DNA of 32,000 nucleotides from Trichodesmium erythraeum IMS101 (GCF_000014265.1 NC_008312.1:5550001-5582000); one strand, 5' to 3'; numbered from the stretch's first letter, positions 18,997 through 29,605 are shown. The notes: generated from the letters alone by a model not told the origin. A program made the numbers and translations.

Positions 18997-19824
18997 ATGA
19001 TCAGCCAAACTTCCACTCCTGTGATTGTTTGTGGAGCTGCAGGTAAGATGGGTCGTGAAGTAATAAAAACTGTAGCAAATGCTAGTGATATGACTCTGTT
19101 GGGCGCAATAGAGTGCCAGCCAGAGTATATCGGTCAAGATATTGGTGAGCTAATTGGTTCTGGTCCACTAGAAGTACCAATTCTAAATGATTTGCAGGGA
19201 ATTTTAGTAATGGCAGCTCAAGAGAAACAACCTGCCGTAATGGTTGATTTTACTCACCCAGATAGCGTTTATGAAAATGTGCGTTCTGCTATTGCTTATG
19301 GAGTCAGACCTGTGGTCGGAACGACAGGTCTGAGTCAAGAGCAAATTCAAGATTTGGCCGAGTTTGCTGAAAAAGCCAGTATTGGTACGTTAATAATTCC
19401 CAACTTTTCTATTGGTATGGTTTTGCTCCAACAAGCAGCGATCGCTGCTTCCAAGCATTTTGATCATGTAGAGATTATTGAGTTGCACCACAATCAAAAA
19501 GCTGACGCCCCTAGTGGCACTGCCATTAAAACAGCACAGATGTTATCTGAACTAGGAAAAACTTACAATGTACCTAATGTAGAAGAAACAGAGAAAATAG
19601 AAGGGGCCAGAGGTTGTTTAGCAGAAGAAGGAATTCGTATCCATAGTGTACGTTTACCAGGTTTAATTGCTCATCAAGAAGTAATATTTGGGGGACCTGG
19701 CCAAATTTACACTTTACGACACGATACAACAGATAGGTCTTGCTATATGCCTGGAGTTTTGTTAGCCATTCGTAAAGTCCAATCTTTAACCAAGCTCATT
19801 TATGGTTTAGAGAAGATACTTTAG
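18997..19824 (+). CDS. dapB: 4-hydroxy-tetrahydrodipicolinate reductase
   Basis: 275 aa. It has an N-terminal Rossmann motif, [14 protein letters not shown], then [14 protein letters not shown], and the diagnostic [15 protein letters not shown]. Confidence 0.93.
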
Positions 19825-19826
19825 TT

Positions 19827-20819
19827 TTAAGAAGAACTGCTGCGTCTACTACGTCTACTTTGGCGGGAACGAGTTGAGATATCGTATTCTAGCACTGCAC
19901 CTATTGCAAATAGAATTGCAGTAAATACAAAAAATACCTCTAAGAGACCTCCACTTTCATATTCTCCAGTAGTCTGGGAATCTGCCCACTTAAAATACAT
20001 ATCAGCAATGTATAATGAAAATGTAGCGCCAGCAATCATCCGCCAGGACTGAGAAAAACGTCCTCCCCAAAAGGCTAGAAGTAGAGCTGTGGCAATAATT
20101 AGTAGAAATACATCGGCAATAATATAGAATAAATTCAACCAAAAAGAAAAAGGTTCTAATTTATTATCTAGAGCAAGTACCCAAGATGGAGCTAATTGAG
20201 CTGATTCTATTTTTATTGTATCTAGCTCTTCCAAAACCGTAGTATCTGGCGTAGACAATAAACCAAAAAACGAAGGGTCAGCTACAAAAATAGCCAAAAG
20301 AACTCCTCCAGCCGCGACTAAAGCCAAAACCACCCACTGCCAAAATTCTAAATTTAGCTTTTTGGCAGTTATAGCTAGAGTCATACCCCAAGCTAAAAAT
20401 ATGTAGGAAAAAACGTAAAATATATCTGCTAATGATACATCTGGGTCCAGTTCCCAGATTAATTCCCAGCAGCCAAACACAAGACCACCAATAAAGTAAA
20501 ATAATAATCCTAAACTAATACCAATCCAAACATTTCGGCCACTAACCATTTGAGGACTTTGCCAATTTCTGAAGCTAATTATAGTGGCTATTAAGTAAGC
20601 CCCTAGTTCAAATATATAGGTGCCAACAGAGTACCAGGATGGTAATTCTTCTCCTGGTAGAGGTACACTAAATAATAGAAAAAATAATAGGGCTAATACA
20701 CCCCAAATAAGACCTGTCATTACAATAATCTGAGCTGAAAATAAGGACTTAGTAAGAGTAGATAATTTTTTTGAAGTGCTGCTCATAGAAATATTCTGAT
20801 TAAGGGCTACTGTCAACAA
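19827..20819 (-). CDS. Hypothetical polytopic membrane protein with Arg/Ser-rich C-terminal tail
   Basis: 330-aa ORF with about 8 hydrophobic helices, ending in RSRQSRRSRRSSSS. The track start is a TTG. The first ATG is at 20786 (MSSTSKK...). The ORF is convergent with dapB, with only 2 nt between the stop codons. Confidence 0.65.
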   Translation of the reverse strand: MLTVALNQNISMSSTSKKLSTLTKSLFSAQIIVMTGLIWGVLALLFFLLFSVPLPGEELPSWYSVGTYIFELGAYLIATIISFRNWQSPQMVSGRNVWIGISLGLLFYFIGGLVFGCWELIWELDPDVSLADIFYVFSYIFLAWGMTLAITAKKLNLEFWQWVVLALVAAGGVLLAIFVADPSFFGLLSTPDTTVLEELDTIKIESAQLAPSWVLALDNKLEPFSFWLNLFYIIADVFLLIIATALLLAFWGGRFSQSWRMIAGATFSLYIADMYFKWADSQTTGEYESGGLLEVFFVFTAILFAIGAVLEYDISTRSRQSRRSRRSSSS

Positions 20820-21977
20820 ACATTTTATCCCTATTACTCAACAATTGTAGTTTTATTTCCTCCGAGATAAAGATAATTTTAATCAGGATAAAATAGATTT
20901 ATAAATTAGAAAAAATAATTCTAGGTTTAAGGGTTTATAGGCTATAAAATATACAGTATTTTTGCCTTTTAACATTAATTAAATCTGCTGTTTAAACATC
21001 TCAATACTATCTCATATAATTTTATCAGCTAATGATTGATTACTATTCGACCAACTTTATTAATATCATTATCCATTTGACTCTTCTCCTCTTCTATAAT
21101 CCCAGCTAGTTAATTTTAGCAAAATCCTTAAAGTTAATTTTTTTATAGTTGACATTTGTTTTTTTATATCAAGGAATTATTCATTTAATCTGTAACAACA
21201 TCATAACAAGATAATTATGATTCAATTATAGTTCTTAGTATTAGTTGTGCTGCTGCGTGAATTTAGCGAAAAATTTGGTAAAAAGTAAAGTCTCGCCCGC
21301 CCATCCGGTGACTTTTTAGTTGTTTTTTTTGAATAGAGCTTTTATTTTGTCATTATTTATAACCTAATCGCAGAGGGGCAGTTCCAGACAAAAAATAGAT
21401 CTGGAGATAAGGGATTTAACTAGCATCAAGTTTTATGATCATGACAAGAAATTATAGAGGCCTATAAAACCTCAACCCAACCTTGAGTTTGTCGTCATAA
21501 GAATATTCCCCATGGTTAACAGTCAAAGAAGAACTCAAAACTCTATAGTAATTATTATTTCTGTATACTTTTACAAAGTTAAATTAGTCCATGGCAAAAC
21601 TCACTTTAAAAGATAATTCTCCAACACAATATAAGCTAAATTTACTTAATTTTTTGTGCTATTCACATAAGAATATCGGAATGACAACTAATTTAGTATT
21701 TATACAGACTAAAATTTCCTGAAAAATATACATTTTTCTGAAGTGAAATATCCTTATTAATTTTATCAAAAAATAGAAATATTTTAGTATTTATACCAGT
21801 TTATGTATGCAAAAACAAAACGGATAGCTAGTTTTCATCTCTACTCTAAAACAGACATTGCTCTCAAACTAACTTTTTAATAATACTTAATTATGTAGTA
21901 AAGCTATACTTAGGTTAACCTCCATATTTATTTAATTTTCATCAAAAACTCAGACTTCTGTTCACAAGCTATAAAGA

Positions 21978-22649
21978 TTACTTAATTGCCCATTGTTTAC
22001 CTTCAGGGAATTGATTTAGCCAATTCATAAACTGAGTTCTTTCAGGAGTATCCATAGGTTCTAGGATTTCGTCAATACCTTCAGCAAAATTGGAATTGCC
22101 AAAATATTCTTCCCCTAAACGATAGACCTCTTGTAGTAAAGTATAAAGATGACCTTCTTGCCAGGAAGGTAGTCGTAATTTTGTCAGAGGATCGTCTATT
22201 AATAAAGCTTTAATTGCATTCGCAGAATCTGCATCAGGAAAATTTTTCCCTTGAAGGACTTTACTAAAATCCTTTTGAAAAGATTTAGCCTGTCTATTGC
22301 CCAATAAATCTTCTACATCAAAGTAAACTGCTTGTACCAACAACAAACAACCCTGAATACAAGCAGAAGCAACAGTTTTATTCTCTTTTGAGTCTTCGCT
22401 AGCAAGTTGATCCAAGCGAATTTTAACCCAAACACTATATCGCTCAGGCTCTTCTAGCAAAACACAAGCCTTACCATGATTATCTGTTAAATCTCGCCAG
22501 AAAGCTCTCGCTTCTTCCGCTTGTTCTCCCTTAAAAACATTGATTAAGCGAAACGTTTGTCCTTGATAACTAAGAATAGGGATCTTTTGATCCCGCTTTG
22601 GGTGTGTAATACTTGTAATTTCAACATCTTGCCTTTTGAGAATAAACAT
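21978..22649 (-). CDS. Hypothetical soluble protein (223 aa)
   Basis: Clean ATG ORF of non-biased composition (EEARAFWRDLTDNHGKACVLLEEPERYSVWVKIRL...). I cannot name a family with confidence. Confidence 0.65.
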   Translation of the reverse strand: MFILKRQDVEITSITHPKRDQKIPILSYQGQTFRLINVFKGEQAEEARAFWRDLTDNHGKACVLLEEPERYSVWVKIRLDQLASEDSKENKTVASACIQGCLLLVQAVYFDVEDLLGNRQAKSFQKDFSKVLQGKNFPDADSANAIKALLIDDPLTKLRLPSWQEGHLYTLLQEVYRLGEEYFGNSNFAEGIDEILEPMDTPERTQFMNWLNQFPEGKQWAIK

Positions 22650-23493
22650 GACACTTTAATTAGACTCTCATCATTATCTATTATCTGGGGTATCTTGGTG
22701 TAATTGTAATTCTTTCTCAGAAACGACTCTACAAAAATCAGTACACAATCTATGATTATTTGACTGACTATATATTTCTTTTTCTGTTTTATTCTGGCAG
22801 TGTGGGGAGTCATTACTCCAAAGGCTTTATAAGCGATCGCCTTAGTGGAGCACAAATCTAGCCCTCTGCTATAGCTAGATTTTTATCTGCATTTAAGTCT
22901 ATATTGCAACTGAAACCCCATACCCTATTTCCTACTTACTCTTCTCTACCGAAGGTAGATATAAGAACATTAGGCAATAGGCTAGAATTTAGAATATTCA
23001 ACTTCAAGATAGAGAATAACATTTTTATTATGCCCAAATTAATGAGAGTTGATATAACTAGAGTGTGAAAATCTTAAATTTTATAGTCTAGAAACGAGCA
23101 ATGCTTGTGGACATATCAATATCTGTCACTTAAGTTACAGCTTAGTTGATAAGTTAGTTGCATAAAGCTATAATTGAATATTATATCTATGATTAATGGG
23201 AGTAGAAGAATGTCAGTTCCTGGGGACTAATATTTGATTAATTGAATATCAATTATGGACTTGCCTATTTCGTGACATTCTTTTTTTTGACAGTTGGTAT
23301 TATAAATATTTTATGCTATAGTCAATAGACAATAATTAGATATGGAAAAGTATTTAGTTAATTTCAATGATTGTAGCTAGATTAAAAATCTTCCAAGTAA
23401 ATAAAATTTTTATTTCTTTTTCTTTAAAGCCGATATTATCTTAACCAAGTATAATAACTTTAAGATATAGTATTAATATATTAAATAATGATT

Positions 23494-23567
23494 GGGTGCG
23501 TAACTCAGTTGGATAGAGTAGCGACCTTCTAAGTCGCGAGTCGCAGGTTCGAATCCTGCCGCACCCG
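23494..23567 (+). tRNA. tRNA-Arg (anticodon UCU)
   Basis: Cloverleaf read by hand. Acceptor stem gggtgcg/cgcaccc. D stem actc/gagt. Anticodon stem gcgac/gtcgc with loop cttctaa (anticodon tct). Variable loop gagtc. T stem gcagg/cctgc with loop ttcgaat. Discriminator g. CCA is not encoded. Confidence 0.95.
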
Positions 23568-23586
23568 TAAATGAAAATTAAAAGTG

Positions 23587-23624
23587 CAATAGTTTTTATC
23601 TCTATCTATCAAAAAAAACTATTG
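23587..23624 (+). terminator. Hairpin 20 nt downstream of tRNA-Arg
   Basis: caatagttttt (23587-23597) pairs with aaaaactattg (23614-23624). This is an 11-bp A/T-rich stem, followed by ttt. Confidence 0.4.
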
Positions 23625-23655
23625 TTTAGAGCTTTTCATCAATGATATATAGATC

Positions 23656-23748
23656 AGGACTTATGCAATTAATTATAGTAATTGTAGTTAGAAGGTCTAG
23701 AATAATGGTGTAATTATAGGCCACACATAGTATTAATGTCTAAGTCCT
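23656..23748. repeat. MITE-like 93-bp element with imperfect terminal inverted repeats
   Basis: aggacttatgcaattaat (23656-23673) matches the reverse complement of 23731-23748 (aggacttagacattaata) at 14 of 18 positions. The AGGACTTA-type termini recall small cyanobacterial MITEs. Only a single copy is in this window, so this is tentative. Confidence 0.3.
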
Positions 23749-24194
23749 ATAGAGGTTGATATTATTATGTAGTATTTTTATGCTACGTAACATATGAAGC
23801 TTTGTCTAAATTCTAATTTTCTCCAAAATTCTCAACAAAGATCTACAAAATATCTAGTGTCTAGTTGCAAAAGTTAATTTATTTACACAAATGTTAATAG
23901 TCATATTTTTCTGGATATATAAGAAAACAATTGAGGACTTCACAGATTCATAACTTGTTAGAGTCGATGGGGCGTATAATTAACCACCCGCACCTCTTAT
24001 TCAAAAGCTATCGTGGGACTTTAACTCAATAGGCTACATAGATGATCTTAACCTTCATTGGCACAATTATAGACCTGTTAATTCCTTAATTCTGGTTTAT
24101 AATTATTAAATTTTTAATCTAGTCTTAGACTTAAATTCTACAGAATCTACTAATGATTACTAATGATAAAGTTCTTCTGAAAATCGACAAATAT

Positions 24195-24388
24195 TATTAG
24201 GACATAATACTCTAAAAATTATCTAGGAAAGATATGACTGCTCCTTTGTAGAATTGAATATTTACCACCATATCTTTTGTAGGATTGAATATTTAACACC
24301 ATATTCTTCTAACTTCAATGAAATAGAAAATTATTGTTTTCTCATTAAAAACCGAGTGAGTAGGGACACCCTGATGCAATGTCCATAG
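24195..24388 (+). pseudogene. IS630-family transposase C-terminal fragment
   Basis: It translates to ...CRIEYLPPY... and then LTPYSSNFNEIENYCFLIKNRVSRDTLMQCP*, which is the LPPYSPxxNxIE block. A 28-nt segment (ttgtagaattgaatatttaccaccatat at 24246-24273) is duplicated at 24277-24304. Confidence 0.6.
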
Positions 24389-24670
24389 GAAAGAACAATA
24401 GAATATTTACTAAAGTGATAAAACTTTATACTTCACCCGCCTCAGAAAATTCTGTAAGTGAATTAGCATTAACGGTACTTTGACATTTTTATAGTACGAA
24501 AATGACTTCAAAGGGTTGAGGGAAAAAAGAAATATGCAGCTATTGTTAAACATGGCTCAAACAAAATACAAAAATGGAAACAAGTAGATGAGAATATCAA
24601 ACAATTGCTATGTAATGGTTTGATACTATTTTGTACTTATGTGTTGCTAAAGTATAATTAATTATAAAGT

Positions 24671-25789
24671 CTAACTCAATCCTTTAATTACAGGGTGAAA
24701 ATAAAAGGCCAGTCCTAAAATAGTATAAGCTGCTAATAATAAAACCCCTTCTAACCAGTCAGAACGACCATCAGAACTGACAGAATTAGCAATTAATACT
24801 GCTACTACTACTGCTACTAATTCAAAAGGATTAAAATTCAAATCCATTGGTTGACCTAGCAATGAACCAGTCAGAATTAATACAGGTGCCACAAATAACG
24901 CAATTTGTAAACTAGAGCCAACTGCTACACTTACAGATAAATCCATTTTATTTTTCATGGCAACAGTTACTGCTGTAGCGTGTTCGGCAGCATTACCAAT
25001 AATTGGTACTACAATTACACCAGTAAATAAAGCAGTTAATCCTAATGCAGAAGTAGCTTCTTCTAAAGAATCAACCAATAATTCTGATTCAAATGCTACT
25101 GTTAAAGTTGCTATTAATAACACTAAAATCCACAGTAACAAATTAGGTTTATGTTCGGCATTTTCTTCTGATTCACTATCAGAATCTAAATCCTGTGATT
25201 CACTTCCTACTATACCAACTTCATATAAGTAAGAGTGAGTTTTCATGGAAAATAGTAAGGTAAGTATATAAACAGTAATTAATACTATTCCTACTGCGAC
25301 AGACAAATTTTGCATTGTATTACTACTAATACCATTGGAAGTAGCATTCACTGCTGTTGGTACTAGAATAGCAATTACAGCTAAATTCATTGCTGAAGCA
25401 TTTAAGCGAGCTACTACTGACTGAAATTTTTGTTCTTTGAAACGGAGTCCACCTAAAAACATTGAGAGGCCCATTACTAACAATAAGTTACCAATTATAG
25501 AACCGGTAATGCTTGCTTTAACTACCCTTACTAAACCAGCATTTAAAGCAATAATACCGATAATTAATTCTGTAGCATTACCAAATGTAGCATTTAATAA
25601 ACCACCTAAGTTAGGACCTAGAACGACTGCAATTTCTTCCGTTGCTGTACCCATCCAACCTGCCAAAGGAATAATTGCTATAGCAGATGTAATAAAAATT
25701 ACTGATGAACCCAATTCCATAGCATTAGCAGCTATTGAAATAGGAACAAATACTAATAAAATTGAAATTATTGTTTGTGCGTTTAGCAT
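24671..25789 (-). CDS. cax: Calcium/proton exchanger (CaCA superfamily, CAX/ChaA-type)
   Basis: 372 aa with about 11 TM helices. The two alpha-repeat signatures GNATELIIGIIAL and GNAAEHATAVTVA are separated by an acidic loop, SESQDLDSDSESEENAE. Confidence 0.88.
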   Translation of the reverse strand: MLNAQTIISILLVFVPISIAANAMELGSSVIFITSAIAIIPLAGWMGTATEEIAVVLGPNLGGLLNATFGNATELIIGIIALNAGLVRVVKASITGSIIGNLLLVMGLSMFLGGLRFKEQKFQSVVARLNASAMNLAVIAILVPTAVNATSNGISSNTMQNLSVAVGIVLITVYILTLLFSMKTHSYLYEVGIVGSESQDLDSDSESEENAEHKPNLLLWILVLLIATLTVAFESELLVDSLEEATSALGLTALFTGVIVVPIIGNAAEHATAVTVAMKNKMDLSVSVAVGSSLQIALFVAPVLILTGSLLGQPMDLNFNPFELVAVVVAVLIANSVSSDGRSDWLEGVLLLAAYTILGLAFYFHPVIKGLS

Positions 25790-26029
25790 AAGTGTAAATT
25801 GGGGGTTTGGTAAATCATAGTTACGCCAAAATTAACAGACATAATTGATAAGTTTTCAGGTCATTTGCCTATCTGCAATTTATTCCCGAATTATATTCTC
25901 AATTAGAGGTTGCCACAAGTCTTGATTTTTGTCTATATCATTAGAGAAGGCAAAACAAATTAATATATCGAATCAATGAACGTTATTGAGAAATTATGCA
26001 AAAATATTCTCAAAGGAAGATAACTCAAG

Positions 26030-26115
26030 AATTTAGCCTGATTTTAGATGTTTCGGATCTGAGAAAAAGTGGTAATTTGACTATAGGAGTAGGTAGGCAC
26101 TACAGTGGATGCCAG
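26030..26115 (+). pseudogene. Short fragment of an IS701-like transposase
   Basis: agaaaaagtggtaatttgactataggagtaggtaggcactacagtgga (peptide LRKSGNLTIGVGRHYSG) parallels agaaaaagtggtaattttactgcaggagtagggcggcaatatatagga (HRKSGNFTAGVGRQYIG) in the element at 1900-3283. Confidence 0.6.
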
Positions 26116-27059
26116 TCTAAACTACTCCTCTTGAGAGTAGGGCTGTTTTATTTGAGGTTTAAAATCAATAAAAGAAATAGTTTGACTTTGTATTAAAATT
26201 TTTACTAGTCAACTATTTTTTTATAAAATTATGTATATAAATATTTTAATTAAAAATATTCAAAAAACAATTATTTACGCAAATATTAAGGGTAAAATAT
26301 ATTAATTATGGTTAATATTAGTAATTACTATTTGTTGCATTTTTTGTTGATATACATAATATAGTGTTATCGGATATTTTGCCTTAGCTAATCAATTAAT
26401 GGTTATATAAGTTTTTAATATTTATCCTGAAAGAGTACCATCATATTCAACAATAATAAGATAAATAAAAAGGAAATTTTTCTTGAGTTACTTTAGAACT
26501 TTGATGAATCGGCAAGACAATTATCTACGGGTGATTTATTTTTGCAAAAGTGGGTGGATTTTGATGGCAAAATTTGACGAAACACTATTAATAATTTTAA
26601 CAAAATTTAACAAAAGTTTGTTTCAATAATTTCATTATTTAATCAAGATAGTAGGATTGTTTTGTACTTAAAATTATTGGCAAATAAAAAGTGTTTATAA
26701 ATTTATCAATATTAAGGCATTTATAAGTAATTTTTTACTAAATAATAGTTTTTCTGTGATAGATTCTTTACATTTCTAGAAAAAGACTACTGAATTAATT
26801 GCAAAAAAAATAATGATTATTTAATTGCTGTAAAAAAAATAAACTTACTTTATATTAATAGATAGAATAGGTAAGTAATAATTTAAATTAAATTGACGTT
26901 TTCCATAAAAAAATAATAGTCATTTTCTAAAAATAGGAATAATAATTTCAGTTTTTATACCTGCACATTATATGGTTAATGGTTGGAAAAATGTTCAACA
27001 TTTTATTCAAGTATAAAGAGGTTAATTGAGAGGTAAAAAATATTATGAATAAACTGTTT

Positions 27060-27362
27060 TTGATATAAGTAGTACGACAAAAAGGGTGAGTTTTTTTTAT
27101 TTTACAATTAGAAAAATTGAAAAATATAAAATAAATTGTATTGGGTCAAAGATGTAATTTTTAAGTAGCCTCCATCTTCGATTTATGAACATTAAGCAGA
27201 AATAAATATATCTATTTTAAAAAACTATTGCTATTAATTTTAATAAGATTAATTGTTTTTTTAGTAACTGAAGCCCAAAGACGGCTTAATAGCAAATGTT
27301 TCAAAGTTTTGGTTTGATTGAAATGAAACAGCCATGCCCCTCTTTAGACCAGGACCTTTTCA
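27060..27362 (+). pseudogene. 3' remnant of an ISAs1-family element (copy 1)
   Basis: aaattgtattgggtcaaagatgtaatttttaa (LYWVKDVIF) and MFQSFGLIEMKQ parallel LHWVKDVIFNED and YRSFGFDSIKQ of the neighbouring copy. The tail gaaatgaaacagccatgcccctctttagacc parallels gaatgaaaaagccctgctctttagagt at 29548-29575. Confidence 0.65.
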
Positions 27363-29595
27363 TTTTCAGCGATCGCCAAAAAAATCAAAGCACTATTTTT
27401 TTATTTTATCAAAAAAGATGGCTTAACTTTTATTTTAAATACATCATGATTAATACTACATTTGAGAGGTTGAAAAAATTCAAGTAATTCCAGAAAAATT
27501 AGGGTAAAAGACATAAAATTTGGGTAGTCTTAAGCATTATAGTCTTAAGTCTTTTAACCGGAAATTGTAGTTATAAATAAATAGAAATGTTTAGTTATAA
27601 CAATCATGAGTAACTAATAAATATATTAAGTATACCCTCAAAAAAATTACCTCCATGTAGTACTCTTAGGAGAGTTATGATAGGAGTAAAAGAATCAGAG
27701 ATACAATTTTTTTATGAAATAATATCAGCTAATTATTCATAGTATCAAGAGGATTGGATTGCAGTTGATGGTAAAAGCTTAAAAAATACTTTTATCAATT
27801 ATGAACAAAACGGACAAAATATGTTAGTAATACTATCAGGGCTTAGTCTGGAAACAAAACTAATTGGGGTTTCAAAAACATTTGAGAATAAAAAAAGTTA
27901 ATAAATTAAGCAAGTGCAAAAGCTGATAAGAGATAGCGGTTTATAGAATAAGACATTTACTTTGTATGCACTTCATTGCAATAAACAAACAACTCAGATA
28001 GTAATTGAAAGTAAAAATGATTATTTAACTACAGTAAAAGCTAACCAAATCAATTTATTTAATCGCTTAAAATACTTAGCAAAAGTAGAGGACTCTATCA
28101 GTAGATATCAAGAAATATAAAAAATTCATGGGCGCCAAATAAAGAAAAAATTTAGGATCTTTAAAGCCGAAAATATTAAACATAAAAATTATCTTCATAT
28201 TCAAAGCTTTATAAAGGCAAAAAGAACAGGAATAATAGAAAAGCAAAAGTCTGAAGAAACTTTTTATTATTTTAGTAGTAAAGTATTACTCTCAAAAAAA
28301 AAAAGAAAACATTTAGGATATTTAAAGCCGAAAATATTAAACATAAAAATTATCTTCATATTCAAAGCTTTATAAAGACAGAAATAACAGGACTAACAGA
28401 AAAGCAAAAGTCTGAAGAAACTTTTTATTATTTTAGTAGTAAAGTATTACTCTCAAAAAAAAAGAAAACATTTAGGATATTTAAAGCCGAAAATATTAAA
28501 CATAAAAATTATCTTCATATTCAAAGCTTTATAAAGACAGAAATAACAGGACTAACAGAAAAGCAAAAGTCTGAAGAAACTTTTTATTATTTTAGTAGTA
28601 AAGTATTACTCTCAAAAAAAAAGAAAACATTTAGGATATTTAAAGCCGAAAATATTAAACATAAAAATTATCTTCATATTCAAAGCTTTATAAAGGTAGA
28701 GAGAACAGGACTAACAGAAAATAAAAAGTCTGAATAAACTTTTTATTATTTTAGTAGTAAAGTGTTACTCTCAAAAAAAAAGAACACATTTAAGATATTT
28801 AAAGCCGAAAATATTAAACATAAAAATTATCTTCATATTCAAAGCTTTATAAAGGTAGAGAGAACAGGACTAACAGAAAATAAAAAGTCTGAATAAACTT
28901 TTTATTATTTTAGTAGTAAAGTGTTACTCTCAAAAAAAAAAGAACACATTTAGGATATTTAAAGCCGAAAATATTAAATATAAAAATTATCTTCATATTC
29001 AAAGCTTTATAAAGGCAGAAATAACAGGAATAACAGAAAATAAAAAGTCTGAATAAACTTTGTATTATTTTAGTAGTAAAGTATTAATCTCAAAAAAAAT
29101 TGCTTCAAAAATCAGAGGACATTGGTTAATAGAAAATCAATTACATTGGGTAAAAGATGTGATTTTTAATGAAGATAAATCAAAGATAAGATAACTACAA
29201 GTAGCTCGAAATCTTTCACTTTTGTACACAATAATTATGAATGTTTACCGAAGTTTTGGTTTTGACTCAATAAAACAAGGAATATATTGGTCAGGAAATA
29301 ATTGGAAAAAAAAATTAGCATTCTCTACTTAAATAGACAATAAAAATATATTTTTAGTAAAAAAAATTATATAAAAAATGATAATAAAACGATAATATAT
29401 TCTTTAAAAAGCATTAGATTAAGTTTTTAATATCAAAAAATAGAGAAAGTTATTGTCTGAAAAAATCAGAATCAATTAAATTATAATCGAGCAATATTAG
29501 GAAGGAAAAACATGACTTTTCTTCAAAAATTGACTACTAATTTTGGAGAATGAAAAAGCCCTGCTCTTTAGAGTGGGTTAGGCTCGCTGTGAAAA
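27363..29595 (+). mobile_element. ISAs1-family insertion sequence (copy 2), dead, expanded by an internal tandem amplification
   Basis: Left end ttttcagcgatcgcc (27363-27377) resembles the reverse complement of the right end 29581-29595 (ttttcacagcgagcc). The transposase remnants are RHKIWVVLSIIVLSLLTGN, YQEDWIAVDGKSLKNTF (the DGK[TS]LR motif), NDYLTTVKANQ and RGHWLIENQLHWVKDVIFNEDKSKIR, all with multiple stops. The element is ~2.2 kb rather than ~1.2-1.4 kb because of the 28141-29098 array and an A/T-rich insert at ~29330-29540. Confidence 0.8.
28141..29098 (+). repeat. Tandem direct repeat, ~160-bp unit x 6, inside the ISAs1 transposase remnant
   Basis: The landmark aaagccgaaaat occurs at 28163, 28324, 28483, 28642, 28801 and 28961, giving spacings of 161, 159, 159, 159 and 160. 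The unit encodes about 53 codons of the transposase: KKFRIFKAENIKHKNYLHIQSFIKAKRTGIIEKQKSEETFYYFSSKVLLSKKK. Confidence 0.97.
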
Positions 29596-29605
29596 ACTAT
29601 TATCA

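Noticed and set aside
21290-21345. Possible terminator or ncRNA 3' end: aaagtctcgcccgcccatccggtgacttttt followed by T-runs
   Set aside because: Only the outer 6 bp (aaagtc/gacttt) pair cleanly and the GC-rich interior does not fold convincingly. No upstream gene or promoter could be identified.
22544-22855. 103-aa ORF overlapping the 5' end of the 223-aa gene
   Set aside because: It overlaps the start of the better-supported 21978-22649 gene in another frame and has an Ile/Lys-rich, AT-driven composition. It is probably not coding.
23207-23290. Long hairpin (agaatgtca ... tgacattct) followed by a T8 run, as an orphan sRNA terminator upstream of tRNA-Arg
   Set aside because: The 9-bp stem encloses a ~57-nt loop with only weak internal pairing. 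That is not a convincing intrinsic terminator without transcript data.
24000-24030. cgtgggactttaac as a solo inverted repeat of the IS701-like element (taacgggactttag)
   Set aside because: Only about 10 of 12 positions match and there is no adjacent transposase homology. The match is too short to distinguish from chance.
24957-25820. ORFs 24957-25232 (+) and 25437-25820 (+) from the track
   Set aside because: They lie entirely antisense to the well-supported CAX gene. Their low-complexity composition mirrors the sense-strand hydrophobic codons. They are shadow ORFs.
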